Assembly: GCF_009914755.1 (NCBI RefSeq)
Contig: NC_060927.1
Direction: 5' to 3' (one strand)
DNA: 64,000 nt
DNA from: the human T2T-CHM13v2.0 reference genome, Homo sapiens
How positions within the stretch are numbered: the stretch's first letter is position 1; every line of letters begins with the position of its first letter. The notes beneath the pieces were generated by a model that worked only from the letters and a program-made list of their open reading frames with translations, was not told the DNA's origin and made no database searches. The position numbers and the translations under genes were made by a program. Of the stretch, positions 1 to 15,527 are shown in pieces.

Positions 1-2038
<2,038 letters not shown>

Positions 2039-5000
2039 AAAGAAAGGTTCAACTCTATGAGATGAATGCACACATCACAAAGACGTTTCTCAGAATGCTT
2101 CTGTCTAGTTTCTATGTGAAGACATTTCTTTTCCAATACTGGCCAAAAAGTGTTCCAAATATCCACTTGCAGAGTCCACAAAAAGAGTGCTTCAAAACTG
2201 CTTAATCAAAAGAAAGTTACAACTCTGTGAGTCAAATGTACACATCACAAAGAAGTTTCTCAGAATGCTTCTGTCTTTTTTTTATGTGAAGGTATTACCT
2301 TTTACACTAGATGCCAAAAAGTGCTCCAAATATCCACTTGCAGATTCTACAAAAATAATGTTTCAAAACTGCTCAATGAAAAGAAAGTTTCAACTCTGTG
2401 AGTTGAATGCACACATCACAATGAAGTTTCACAGAATGCTTCTGTCTAGTTTCTATGTGAAGATATTTCCTTTTCCACGAGAGGACATGAAGCGCTCCAA
2501 ACATCCACTTGCAGATTCTACAAAAACTGTGTTTCAAAACTTATAAATCAAAAGAATGGTTGAACTCTGTGAGTTGAATGCACACATCACAAAGAAGTTT
2601 CTCTGAATGATTCTGTCTAGTTTTTATATCAAGATATTTCCTTTTCCACCGTAGGCCTCAAGCTGCTCCAAATATCCATTTGCAGATCATACAAAAAGAC
2701 TGTTTCCAAACTGCTCAATCAAAAGAAAGGTTCAACTCTGTGAGATGAATGCACACATCACAAAGAAGTTTCTCAGTATGCTTCTGTCTAGTTTTTATGT
2801 GAAGATATTTCCTTTCCACTATGGGCTGCAAAGCGCTCAAAATATCCACTTGCAGGGTACCACAAAAAGAGAATTTCAAAACTGCTCAATCAAAAGAAAA
2901 GTTCAATTCTGTGAGATGAATGCAGACATCACAAAGAATTTTCTCAGAATGCTTCTGTCTAGTTTTTATGTGAAGATATTTGCTTTTCCAGCACAGGCCT
3001 CAAACCACTCCAATATCCACTTTCAGATACTACAAAAAGACTGTTTCCAAACTGCTTAATCAGAAGAAAGTTTCAACTCTGTGAGTTGAATGGACACATG
3101 AGAGAGAAGTTTCTCCGAATGCTTCTCTGTCGTTTTTGTGTGAAGATATTTCCTTTTCCACCATAGGCATCTATGTGCTCCAAATATCCACTTGCAGATT
3201 ATACAAAAAGAGTGTTTCAAAACTGCTCAATCAAAAGAAAGGTTGAAAACTGTGAGGTGAATACACAAATCACAAAGAATTTTCTCAGAGTGCTTTTGTC
3301 TAGTTTTTATGTGAAGATATTTGCTTTTCCAGCACAGGCCTCAAACCGCTCCAATATCCACTTTCAGATACTATAAAAAGACTGTTTCCAAACTGCTCAA
3401 TCAGAAGAAAGTTTCAACTCTGTGAGATGAATGCACACATCACAAAGAAGTTTCTCAGAATGCTTCTTTCTAGTTTTTATGTGAAGATATTTCCATTTCC
3501 ACCGTAGGCCTCAAATCGCTCCTAAAATAAATATGCAGATTCTGCAAAAAGAAGGTTTCAAAACTGCTCAATCAAAAGAAAGGTTCAACTATGTGAGATG
3601 AATTCAGTAGAGGCTGAAAAGCCCTCCAAATATCCACTTTCAGATTCTACAAAAAGAGTGTTTCCAAACTGCTCAATCAAAGGAAATGTTCAATTCTGTG
3701 AGGTGAATGCACACATCACAAAGAAGTTTCTCAGAATGCTTCTGTCTAGTTTTTATGTGAAGATATTTACTTTTGCACTAGATGCTGCAAAGCTCTCCAA
3801 ATATCCAGTTGCAGATATTCCAAAAAGAGCGTTTCAAAACTGCTCAATCAAAAGAAAGTTTCAACTCTGTGAGATGAATGCACACATCACAAAGAAGTTT
3901 CTCACAAAGCTTGTGTCTGGTTTCTATGTGAAGATATTTCATTTTCCACCATAGGTCTCAAAGCGCTCCAGATATCCACTTACAGATTCTACAAAAAGAG
4001 TGTTTCAAAACTACTCAATCAAAGGAAAGTTCAAATCTGTGAGGTGAATGCACACATTAGAAAGAATTTCCTCAGAATGCTTCTGTCTAGTTTTTATGTG
4101 AAGATGTTTCCTTTCCACTAGAGGACGTGAAGTGCTCCAAACATCCACTTGCAGATTCTACAAAAACTGTGTTTCAAAACCTCTCAATCAAAAGAATGGT
4201 TCAATTCTGTGAGTTGAATACACACATCATGAAGAAGTTTCTCAGAATGCTTCTGTCTAGTTTTTAAGTGAAGATATTTCCTTTTCCATTATAATCCACA
4301 AAGTACTCCAAATATCCACTTGCAGATTCTTGAAAAAGACTGTTTCCACACTGCTCAATCTAAAGAAAGTTTCAACTCTGTGAAACGAAAGCACACATCA
4401 CAACGAAGTTTATCAGAAATTTTCTGTCTAGTTTTTATGTGAAGATATTTCCTATTTCCTCTTAGGCCTCATGGGGCTCACAAATATTCCTTGGCAGATA
4501 CTACAAAAAGTGTGTTTCAAAACTCTGCAATCAAAAGAAAGGTTCAACTTTTTTGGATGAATCCACGCATCACAAAGTAGTTTCTCAGAATGCTTCTGTC
4601 TAGTTTTTATGTGAAGATATTTCCTTTTCCACCATAGGCATCAAAGCACTCCAAATATCCACTTGCAGATTCTACAAAAAGAGTGTTTCAAAACTCCTCA
4701 ATCAAAAGAAAGGTTCAACTTTTTTGGATGAATCCACACATCACAAAGTAGTTTCTCAGAATGCTTCTGTCTAGTTTTTATGTGAAGATATTTCCTTTTC
4801 CACCATAGGCCTCAAAGCACTCCAAATATCCACTTGCAGATTCTACAAAAAGAGTGACTCAAAACTGCTCAATCAAAAAAGAGGCTCAACTCTGTGAGTT
4901 AAATGCAAACCTCCAAAGAAGTTTATCAGAATTCTTCTGTCTAGTTTTTATGTGAAGATATTTCATTTCCCACCACAGGCCTCAAAGTGCTCTAAATATC

Positions 5001-8000
5001 TACTTGCAGATCCTACAAAAAGACTCTTTCCTAACTGCTGAATCAAAAGAGACCTTCAACCCTGTGAGTTGAATGCACAGGTCACAAAGAAGTTTCTCAG
5101 CATGCTTCTGTCTAGTTTTTATGTGAATATATTTTCCTTTTCAATATAGGCCTGAAAGTACTCCAAATATCGATTTGCAGATTCTACAAAAAGACTGTTT
5201 CCAAACTGCTCAATCAAAAGTGAGGTTCAACTCTGTGAGATGAAAGCATACATCATGAAGAAGTTTCTTAGAATGCTTCTGTCTAGTTTTTGTGTGAAGA
5301 TATTTCCTATTTCACCATAGGCCTTAAAGGGCTCACTAATATCCCTTTGCAGATTCTACAAAAGGACTCTTTCAAAACTGCTCAGTCAAAGGAAAGGCTC
5401 AAATCAGTTAGATGAATGCACACAACACAAAGAAGTTTCTCAGAATGCTTCTGTCTAGTTTTAAGTGAAGATATATCCTTTTCCACCACATGCCTCAAAG
5501 CACTCCAAATATCCACTTGCAGATTCTGAAAAAGAGTGATTCAAAACTGCTAAAAGGAAAGGTTCAACTCTGTGAGATGAAAGCACACATCACGAAGCAG
5601 TTTAACATAATGCTTCTTTCTATGTGAAGATACTTCCTTTTGCACCATAGGCCTAATAGCGCTCCAAATATCCACTTGCAGATTCTACAAAAAGAGTGTT
5701 TGTAAACTGCTCAATCAAAAGAAAGATTCAATGCTGTGAGATGAATGCACACATCACAAAGAAGTTTCTCAGAATGCTTCTGATTATTTTTCTTTGTGAA
5801 GATATTTCCTTTTTCATGATAGGCCTCAAAGCACTCCAAATATCCATTTGTAGATATTACAAAAAGACTGTTTGCAAACTGCTCAATCAAAAGAAAGTTT
5901 CAACTCTGTGAGATGAATAAACACATCACAAATAAGTTTCTCAGAAAGCTTCTGTCTAGTTTTTATGTGAGTATATTTCCCATTACCCCATAGGCCTCAA
6001 TAGGTACACAAATATCACTTTGCAGATTCTACAAAACAACTGTTTCCATACTGTGCAATCAAAAGTAATGTTCAACTCTGTGAGATGTATGAACACATCT
6101 CAGAGTACTTTCTCATAATTCTTCTGTCTTGCTTTTATGAGAAGATATTTCGTTTTCCACCATAGGCCTCAAAGTGCTCCAAATATCCACTTGCAGATTC
6201 CACAAAATAGTTTTTCAAAACTGCTCAATCAAAAGAAAGGTTCAACTCAGTGAGATGAATGCACACATCACAACGAAGTTTCTCAGAATGCTTCTGTCTA
6301 GTTTTTATGTGAAGATATTTCCTTTTCCACTATGGACCACAAAGAGCTCCAAAATATCCATTTGCAGATACTACAGAACGACTGTTTCCAAACTGATCAC
6401 TCAAAAGGGAGGTTCAAATCTCAGAGATAAATGCACACATCACAAAAAAGTTTCTCAGAATGTTTCTGTCTGTTTTTTATGTGAAGTTGTTTCTTTTTCA
6501 ACACAGACTTCAAAGCACCCCAAATATCCCTTTGCAGATTGTACAAAAAGACTGCTTCCACACTGCTCAATCAAAAGAAAGGTTCAACTCTGTGTGATGA
6601 AAGCACACATCACAAAGAAGTTTCTCACAAAGTTTCTGTCTAGTCTTTATGTGAATATATTTCCTATTTCCCCATAGGCCTCAATGGGATCACAAATATC
6701 TCTTTTCAGATTCAACAAAAAGAGTGTTTCAAATCTCCTCAATTAAAACAAAGGGTGAACACTGTGAGATGAATGCACACTTCACAAAGTAGTTTCTCAG
6801 AATGCTTCTGTGTAGTTTTTATGTGAATATATTTCTTATTCCATGAAAGACCTCAAAGCGCTCCAAATTTCCATTTGCAGATACTACAAGAAGATTGTTT
6901 CCAAACTACTCAATCAAAAGAAAGTTCAACTCTGTTAGATGAATGCACACATCACAAAGAAGTTTCTCAGAATGCTTCTGTGTAGTTTTTATGTGAGGAT
7001 ATTTCCTTTTCCACAATAGGCATCAGAGTGCTCCAAGTATCCACTTGCAGATTCTACAAAAAGATTGTTTCAAAACTACTCAATAAAAAGAAAGATTCAA
7101 CTCTCTGAGATGAATGGATCCATCACAAAGAAGTTTCTCATAATGCTTCTGTCTAGATTTATGTGAAGATATTTCTTTTTCCACTATAGGCCTCAAAGCG
7201 CCCCAAATATCCATTTGTAGATACTACAAATGGACTGTTTCCAAACTGTTCAATCAAAAGAAAGGTTCAACTCTGTGACCTGAATGCACATATCACAAAG
7301 ATGTTTCTTAGAATACTTCTGTCTAGTTTTTATATGACGATAGTTTTTTTTTCACCGTAGGCCTCAAAGCGCTCCAGATATCCATTTGCAGATAATACAA
7401 AAAGACTTTTTCCAAACTGCTCAATCAAAGGAAAGGTTCAACTCTGTTAGATGAACACACACATCCAAAAAAGTTTCTCAGATTGCTACTGTCTAGTTTT
7501 TATGTGAAGATAATTCTTTTTCCACTGCAGTCCTCAAAACGCTTCAAATATCCACTTGCAAATTCTACAAAAAGAGTGTTTGCACACTGCTGAATCAAAG
7601 AAATGTTCAACTCTGTGAGATGAATGCACACATCACAAAGACGTTTCTCAGAATGCTTCTGTCTGGTTTTTAATTGAAGATATTTCCTTTTCAACCATAG
7701 GCCTCAAAGTGCTGCAAATATCCACTAGCAGATTCTACAAAAAGAGTGTTTCAAAACGGCTCTATCAACAGAAAGTTTCAACTCTGTGAGATGAAAGAAC
7801 ACATCACAAAGCAGTTTCTCATAATGCTTCTGTCTGTTTTTTTTTGTGAAGATATTTCCTTTTCTACCATAGGCCTCAATGCACTCCAAATATTCGTTTG
7901 CCAATACTACAAAAAGTCTCTTTCCACACTGCTCAAACATAAGAAATCTTCAGCTCTGTGAGTTGAATGCACACATCACAAAAAAGTTTCTCAGAATGCG

Positions 8001-11000
8001 TCTGCCTAGTTTTTATGGGAAGATATTTGCATTTTTACCTTAGGCCTCAAAGTGCTCCAAATATCCCTTTGCAGATTCTAAAAAACCATGGTGTCCAAAC
8101 TGCTCAATCAAAGGAAGTTTCAACTCTGTGAGATAAAACCACACATCACAAAGTAATTTCACAAAAAGTTTCTGTCTAGTTTTCATGTGAAGATATTTCC
8201 TGTTTCCCCAGAGCCCTCAATGCACTCACAAGTAGCCCTTTGCAGATTCTACAAAACGAGTGTTTCCAAACTGCTCAATCAAAAGAAATATTCACCACAG
8301 TGAGATGAATGCACACATCACAAAGGAGTTTCTCAAAATGCTTCTTTCTAGTTTTTGTGTGAAAGTATTTACTTTTCCACCATAGGCCTCAAAGCACTCC
8401 ATGTATCCACTTGCAGATTCTACAAAAAGATTGTTTCAAAACTACTCAATAAAAAGAAAGATTCAACTCTCTGACATGAATGGATCCATCACAAAGAAGT
8501 TTATCATAATGCTTCTGTCTAGATTTATGTAAAGATATTTCTTTTTCCACTATAGGCCTCAAAGCACTCCAAATATCCATCTGCAGATACTACAAATGGA
8601 CTGTTTCCAAACTGCTCAATCAAAATAAAGGTTCAACTCTGTGAGCTGAATGCACACCTCACAAACCAGTTTCTCAGAATGTTTCTGTCTAGTTTTTATT
8701 TGAAGTTATTTCCTTTTCCACCACAGGTTGCAAAGCACTCCAAATATCCACTTGCAGATTCTACAAAATGGGTGTTTCCAAATTTCCCAATCAAAGGAAA
8801 TGTTAAACTCTTTGAGAGGAAAGCACACATCACAAAGAAGTTTCTCAAAATGCTGCTTTCTAGTTTTTATGTGAAGATATTTCCTTTTCCACTATAGGCC
8901 TCAAAGCGTTTCAGATATCCACTTGCAGATTCTACAAAAAGAGTGTTTCAAGACTGCTTAATCAAAAGAAAAGTTCAACTCTGTGATATGAATGTACATA
9001 TCACAAAGAAGTTTCTCAGAATGCTTCTGTCTAGTTTTTTAGTGAAGATATTTCCTTTTCCACTATAGGCCCCAAAGCGCTCCAAATATCCACTTGCAGA
9101 TTCTACAGAAAGACTGTTTCAAAACTGCTCAATCAAAAGAAAGATTCAACTTTGTGAGATGACTGCAAACATCACAAAGATGTTTCTCAGAATGCTTCTG
9201 TCCAGTTTTTATGTGAAGATATTTCCTTTTCCACTATAGGCCACAAAGTGCTCCATTTATCCATCCGTAGATTCTGCAAAAAGAGTGTTTCCAAACTGCT
9301 CAATCAAAAGAAATTTTCATCTCTTTGAGATGAATGCACACATCACAAAGAAGTTTCTCAGAATGCTTCTGTCTACTTTTTGTGTGAAGGTATTTCCTTT
9401 TCCATCATAGGCCAAAAAGGGCTCCAAATATGGAGTTCCAGATTCTACAAAAAGATTATTTAAAAACTGCTCAATTAAAGAAAAGGTTCAACTCTGTGAG
9501 CTGAATGCACACATCACAAAGAACTTTCTCAGAATGCTTCTGTCTAGTTTTTATGTGAAGATATTTCCTTTTCCACCTTAGGCCTCAAAGTGCCCCAAAT
9601 ATCCACTTGTACATAGTACAAAAAGAGTGTTTAAAAACTGCTCAGCCAAAAGAAAAGTTCAACTCTGTGTGTTGAATGCACACATCACAAAGACGTTTCT
9701 TAGCATGCTTTTTTCTAGTTTTTATGGGTAGATATTTCCTCTTGTGTCATAAGCCTCAAACCGCTCAAAATATACATTTGCAGATACAACAAAAAGGCAG
9801 TTTCCAAACCACTTAATCAAAAGAAAGGTTCAACTCCGTCGGTTTAATGCACACATCACAAAGAAGTTTCTCAGAATGCTTCTGTGTAGTTTTTATTTGA
9901 AGATGTTTCCTTTTCCACCACAGGCCTCAAAGCGCTCCAAATATCGACTTGCAAATTTTACAAAAACAGTGGTTTAAAGCTGCTCAATTAAAGAAAGTTT
10001 CAAGTATGTGAGATGAATGCACACGTCACAAAGAAGTTTCTCAGAATATCTGCCTAGTTTGTATGTGAAGATATTTCCTTTTCCAGTAGAAGCCTCAAAT
10101 TGCTCCAAATATCCCCTTGCAGATTCTACAAAAAGTGTGTTTTAAAACCGCTCAATCAAAAGAAAAGTTCAACTCTTTGAGATGAATGTGCACATCACAA
10201 ATAAGTTGCTCAGAATGCTTCTGTCTGGTTTTTATGTGAAGATATTTCCTTTTCCACTAGAGATGGCAAAGCGCTCCAAATATCCACTTGCAGATCCTAA
10301 AATAAGAGTGTTTCAAAACTGTCCAATGAAAAGAAAGGATCAAATCTGTGAGATGCATGCACACATCACAAAGAAATTTCTCAGAATGCTTCTGTCTAGT
10401 TTTTATGTGAAGATATTTCCTTTTCCTCTATAGGCTGCAAAAGTTCCAAATATCCACTTGCAGATTCTACAAAAAGAGTGTTTCAAAACTTGTCCATCAT
10501 TAGAAAGGAACAACTCTGTGAGTCCAATGCACCCATCATAAAGAAGTTTCTCAGACTGCTTTTGTCTAGTTTTTATGTGAAGATATTTCCTTTTCCACCA
10601 TACTCCTCAAACTGCTCCAAATATCCATTTGCTGACACTACAAAAGGACTGTTTCCAAACTGCTCAATCAAAATAAAGGTTCAAATCTTTGAGGTGAATG
10701 CACACATCACAAAGAAGTTTCTCAGAATGCTTCTATGTAGTTTTATGTGAAGATATTCCTTTTCCAGTAGAGGCCGAAAAGTGATCCAGGTATCCACTTG
10801 CAGATTCTACAAAAAGAGTGTTTCAAAACTGCTCAGTGAGTGAGAAGAAAGTTTCAGCTCCATGAGATGAATGCACACATCACAAAGAAGTTCCTCAGAA
10901 TGCTTCTGTCTGGTTTTTATTTGAAGCTATTTCCTTTTCCACCATAGACCTCAAAGCGCTCAAAATATCCACTTGCAGATTCTACAGAAAGAGTGTTTCA

Positions 11001-14000
11001 AAATTGCTCAATCAAAAGAAACATTCAGCTCTGTGAGATGAATGCAGGAAACACAATGGAGTTGCTCACAATGCTTCTGTCATGTTTTTATGTGAATATA
11101 TTTCCTTTTTCACCATAGGCATCAAAGCACTCCAAATATCTATTTGTAGATTCTATAAAAAGACAGTTTCCAAACTGCTCCCTCAAAAGAAATGTTAAAC
11201 TCTGTGAGATGAATGCACACATCATAAAGAAGTTTCTCAGAATGCTTCTATCTAGTTTTTATGTGAAGATACTTCCTATTTCACAATAGGGCATAAACAA
11301 CTCACAAATATCTCTTTGCAGATTCTATGAAAAGACTGTTTCTAAACTTCTCAATGAAAAGAAAGGTTCAACTCTGTAAGATGAAATACACATCACAATG
11401 AAGTTTCTCAGATTGCTTCATTCTAGTTTTTATGTCAAGATACTTCTTTTTCACCATAGGCCTCAAGCGACTCAGAAATATCCCTTTGCTGATTTTACAA
11501 AAAGACTGTTTCCAAACTGCTCAACCAAAAGAAAATCTCAACTCTGTGAGAGGAATGTAGGCATCATAAAGAAGTTTCTCAGATTGCTTCCGTCTAGTTT
11601 ATATATGAAGATATTTCCTTTTTCATCATAGTCCTCAAGGCACTCCAAATAACTATTTGCAAAGTCTACAAAAAGACCGTTTCCAAAATGCTCAATCAAA
11701 AGAAACGTTCAACTCTGTCAGATGAAAGCATATCTCACAAAGTAGTTTCTCAGGAATGTTCTGTGCAGTTTTTATGAGAAGATATTTCCTATTTCTCCAT
11801 AGGTCAAAATGGGCTCACAAATATCCCTGTGGAGATTCTACGAAAAGACTGTTTCCAAACTGGTCAATCAAAAGAAACGTTCTGCACTGTCAGATGAATG
11901 CAAACATCACAAAGAAGTTTCTCTGAATCCTTCTTTCTAGTTTTTATGTGTACATATTTCTTTTTCCTCATAGGCCTCAAACGGCTACAAAATATCCATT
12001 TACAGATTGTAGAAAAAGACTGTTTCCAAACTGCTCAATCAAAAGACAGTTTCAACTCTGGGAGATGAATGCACACATCCCAAAGAGATATCTCAGAATG
12101 CTTCTGTCTTTTTTTTTATGTGAAGATATCTCCTTTTTCACCATAGGCCTCAAAGTGCTCTAAATATCGATTTGCAGATTCAACAAAAAGAGCGTATCAA
12201 ACTTGCTCAATCAAAAGAAAGTTTCAACTTGGTGGGATGAATGCACACATAACAAAGAAGTTTCACGGAATGCTTGTGCCTAGTTTTTATGTGAAGATAC
12301 TTCCATTTTCACCATAGGCTTCAAAGCACTCCAAATATAAATTTGCAGATTCTACAAAAACACTGTTTCCAAACTGCTCAATACAAAGAATGGCTCAACT
12401 CAGTCAGATGAATGAACACATGGCAACGTAGTTCTTGAGAATGCTTCTGTCGAGTTTTTAGTTGAAGATATTTCTTTTTTCAACACAGGCCTCAAAGCGA
12501 TCCGAATATACATTTGCAGATTCTACAAAAAAGACTGTTTCCAATCTGCTAAATCAAAAGAAATATTCAAATCCGTGAGATGAAAGCCCACATCAAAAAG
12601 AATTTTCTCAGAATGCTTCTGTCTAGTTTTTATGTGAAGATATTTCCTATTGAACCATAGGCCATAAAGGGCTCATAAATATCCCTGTGTAGATTCTATG
12701 AAAAGACTGTTTCCAAACTGCTCAATCAAAAGAAAGGTTCAACTCTGTTAGATGAATGCACAAATCACAACGAAGTTTCTCTGAATGCTTCTCTCTAATT
12801 TTTATGTGAAGATATTTCTTTTTCACCATAGGTCTCAAACGGCTCGGAAATATCCCTTTGCAAATTGTACAAAAGGACTGTTTCCAAACTGCTCAGTCAA
12901 AAGAAAGGTTCAATTCTGTGAGATGAATGCAGGCATCACAAAGAAGTTTCTCAAAATGCTGCTGTCTAGTTTTTATGTGAAGATATTTCCTTTTTCACCA
13001 TAAGCCTTAAACCAGTCACAAATATCCCTCTGCAGACACTACAAAAAGACTGTTTCCAAACTGTTCCATCAAAAGTGAGGTTCAACTCTGTGAGATGAAT
13101 GCACACATTACAAAGAAGTTTCTCAAAATGCTTCTGTCAAGTTTTTTTGTGAAGATATTTCCTTTTTCAACACAGGCCTCAAAGCGCTCCTAGTATACAT
13201 TTGCAGACACTACAAAAAGAGTGTTTCCAAACTGCTCAATCAAAAGAAAAGTTCAACTGCATGAAATGAAAGCCCACATCACAAAGCAGTTTCTCAGAAT
13301 GCTTCTGCCAAGTTTTTATGTGAAGACATTTCATTTTTCACCGTAGACCTCAAAGCACTCCAAACATCCATTTGCAGATTTTACAAAAAGAGTGTTTCCA
13401 ACCTGCTCAATCAAAAGAAAACTTCAACTGTGAGTTGAATGCACACATCCCAAAGATGTTTCTCAGTGTGCTTCTGTCTATTTTTTATGTGATGATATTT
13501 CCTTTTTCACCATAGGCCTTAAACCGGTCAGAAATATCCCTCTGCAGATACTACAACAAGACTGTTTCCAAACTGCTGCATCAAAAGAAATGTTTCTACT
13601 TTGTGAGATGAATGCAAACATTGCATAGAAGTTTGTAAGAATGTTTCTCTCTATTTTTTATGTGAAGATATTTCTTTTCCACCATAGGCCTCAAACGGCT
13701 CAGAAATATCCCTTTGCACATTGTACAAAAGGACTGTTTTCAAACTGCTCAATCAAAAGAAAGGTTCAACACTGTGAGATGAATGCACCATCACAAAGAA
13801 GTTTCTCCGAATGTTTCCATCTCGTTTTTTTGTGAAGATATTTCCTTTTATACCATAGGCTTCAAAGCGCTCCAAATATCCATTTGCAGATTCCACAAAA
13901 AGAGTGTTTCCGACCAGCTGAATCAAAAGAAATGTTCAACTCTGTGAGATGATAGCATATATCACAAAAAGTTTCTCAGAAATCTTCCTTCTAGTTTTTA

Positions 14001-14626
14001 TGCGAAGATATTTCTTTTTCACCATGGGCCTCAAACAGTTCTGAAACAATCCTTTGCACATTGTACAAAAAGACTGTTTCCAAACTTCTCAGTCAAAAGA
14101 AAGTTTCAACTCTGTGATATGAATGCACACATCAAAAAGAAGTTTCTCAGAATGCTTCCGTCTAGTTTTTATGTGAAGATATTTGCTTTTTCACCATAGG
14201 CTTCAAAGCGCTCCAAATATCTATTTGCAGATTCCACAAAAAGAAGGTTTCCAGCCAGCTCAATCAAAAGAAATGTTCAACTCGGTGAGATGATAGCATA
14301 TATCACAAAAAGTTTTTCAGAAATATTCTGTCCAGTTTTTATATGAAGATATTTCCTATTTCACCATTGGCCATAAAGGGCTCACAAATATCCCGTGCAC
14401 ATTCTATGATAAGACTGTTTCCAAACTGCTCATTGAAAAGAAAGCTTCAACAATGTGAGATGAATGCACACATCACAAAAAAGTTTCTCAGAATGCTTCT
14501 GTCTAGTTTTTATGTGAAGATATTTCCTTTTTCAGCATAGGCCTTAAACATGTCACAAATATCCATCTCCAGATACTACAAAAAGACTGTTTCCAAACTT
14601 CTCCATGAAAAGAAAGGTTCAGCTCT
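2039..14626. repeat. Alpha satellite, divergent monomeric array
   Basis: Continuous ~171-bp monomers in the same orientation; A-box-type sequence (TTTCCTTTTYCACCATAGG) at the position where a CENP-B box would lie. Confidence 0.98.
14607..14626 (+). other. Left target-site duplication of L1HS (right copy 20688-20707)
   Basis: GAAAAGAAAGGTTCAGCTCT vs GAAAAGAAAGGTTCAACTCT, 19/20 match; implied bottom-strand nick 5'-TTTTC/AT, a degenerate L1 endonuclease site. Confidence 0.9.
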
Positions 14627-14632
14627 AGGAGC

Positions 14633-14643
14633 CAAGATGGCCG
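14633..14643 (+). promoter_or_regulatory. YY1 binding site of the L1 5'UTR
   Basis: Intact CAAGATGGCCG at the canonical position near the L1 5' end. Confidence 0.85.
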
Positions 14644-14856
14644 AATAGGAACAGTTCCGGTCTACAGCTCCCAGCGTGAGCGACGCAGAAGACGGGTGAC
14701 TTCTGCATTTCCATCTGAGGTACCGGGTTCATCTCACTAGGGAGTGCCAGACAGTGAGCGCAGGCCAGTGTGTGTGCGCACCGTGGGCGAGCCGAAGCAG
14801 GGCGAGGCATTGCCTCACCTGGGAAGCGCAAGGGGTCAGGGAGTTCCCTTTCCGAG

Positions 14857-15072
14857 TCAAAGAAAGGGGTGACAGACGCACCTGGAAAATCGGGTCACTC
14901 CCACCCGAATATTGCGCTTTTCAGACCGCCTTAAGAAACGGCACACCACGAGACTATATCCCACACCTGGCTCAGAGGGTCCTACGCCCACGGAATCTCG
15001 CTGATTGCTAGCACAGCAGTCTGAGATCAAACTGCAAGGCGGCAACGAGGCTGGGGGAGGGGCGCCCGCCAT
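14857..15072 (-). CDS. ORF0: L1 ORF0 (antisense 71-aa ORF), open
   Basis: ATG at 15072-15070; MAGAPPPASLPPCSLISDCCASNQRDSVGVGPSEPGVGYSLVVCRFLRRSEKRNIRVGVTRFSRCVCHPFL*, the C-terminal 71 aa of track ORF 14857..15141. Confidence 0.85.
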   Translation of the reverse strand: MAGAPPPASLPPCSLISDCCASNQRDSVGVGPSEPGVGYSLVVCRFLRRSEKRNIRVGVTRFSRCVCHPFL

Positions 15073-15527
15073 TGCCCAGGCTTGCTTAGGTAAACAAAGC
15101 AGCCAGGAAGCTCGAACTGGGTGGAGCCCACCACAGCTCAAGGAGGCCTGCCTGCCTCTGTAGGCTCCACCTCTGGGGGCAGGGCACAGACAAACAAAAA
15201 GACAGCAGTAACCTCTGCAGACTTAAGTGTCCCTGTCTGACAGCTTTGAAGAGAGCAGTGGTTCTCCCAGCACGCAGCTGGAGATCTGAGAACGGGCAGA
15301 CTGCCTCCTCAAGTGGGTCCCTGACCCCTGACCCCCGAGCAGCCTAACTGGGAGGCACCCCTCAGCAGGGGCACACTGACACCTCACACGGCACGGTATT
15401 CCAACAGACCTGCAGCTGAGGGTCCTGTCTGTTAGAAGGAAAACTAACAACCAGAAAGGACATCTACACCGAAAACCCATCTGTACATCACCATCATCAA
15501 AGACCAAAAGTAGATAAAACCACAAAG

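Larger units (their letters stand above)
14627..15527 (+). promoter_or_regulatory. L1HS 5'UTR: internal sense promoter, antisense promoter, CpG-rich segment
   Basis: ~900-bp GC/CpG-rich stretch matching the L1HS 5'UTR, directly upstream of the ORF1 ATG at 15528; the only CpG-dense segment in the window. Confidence 0.9.
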
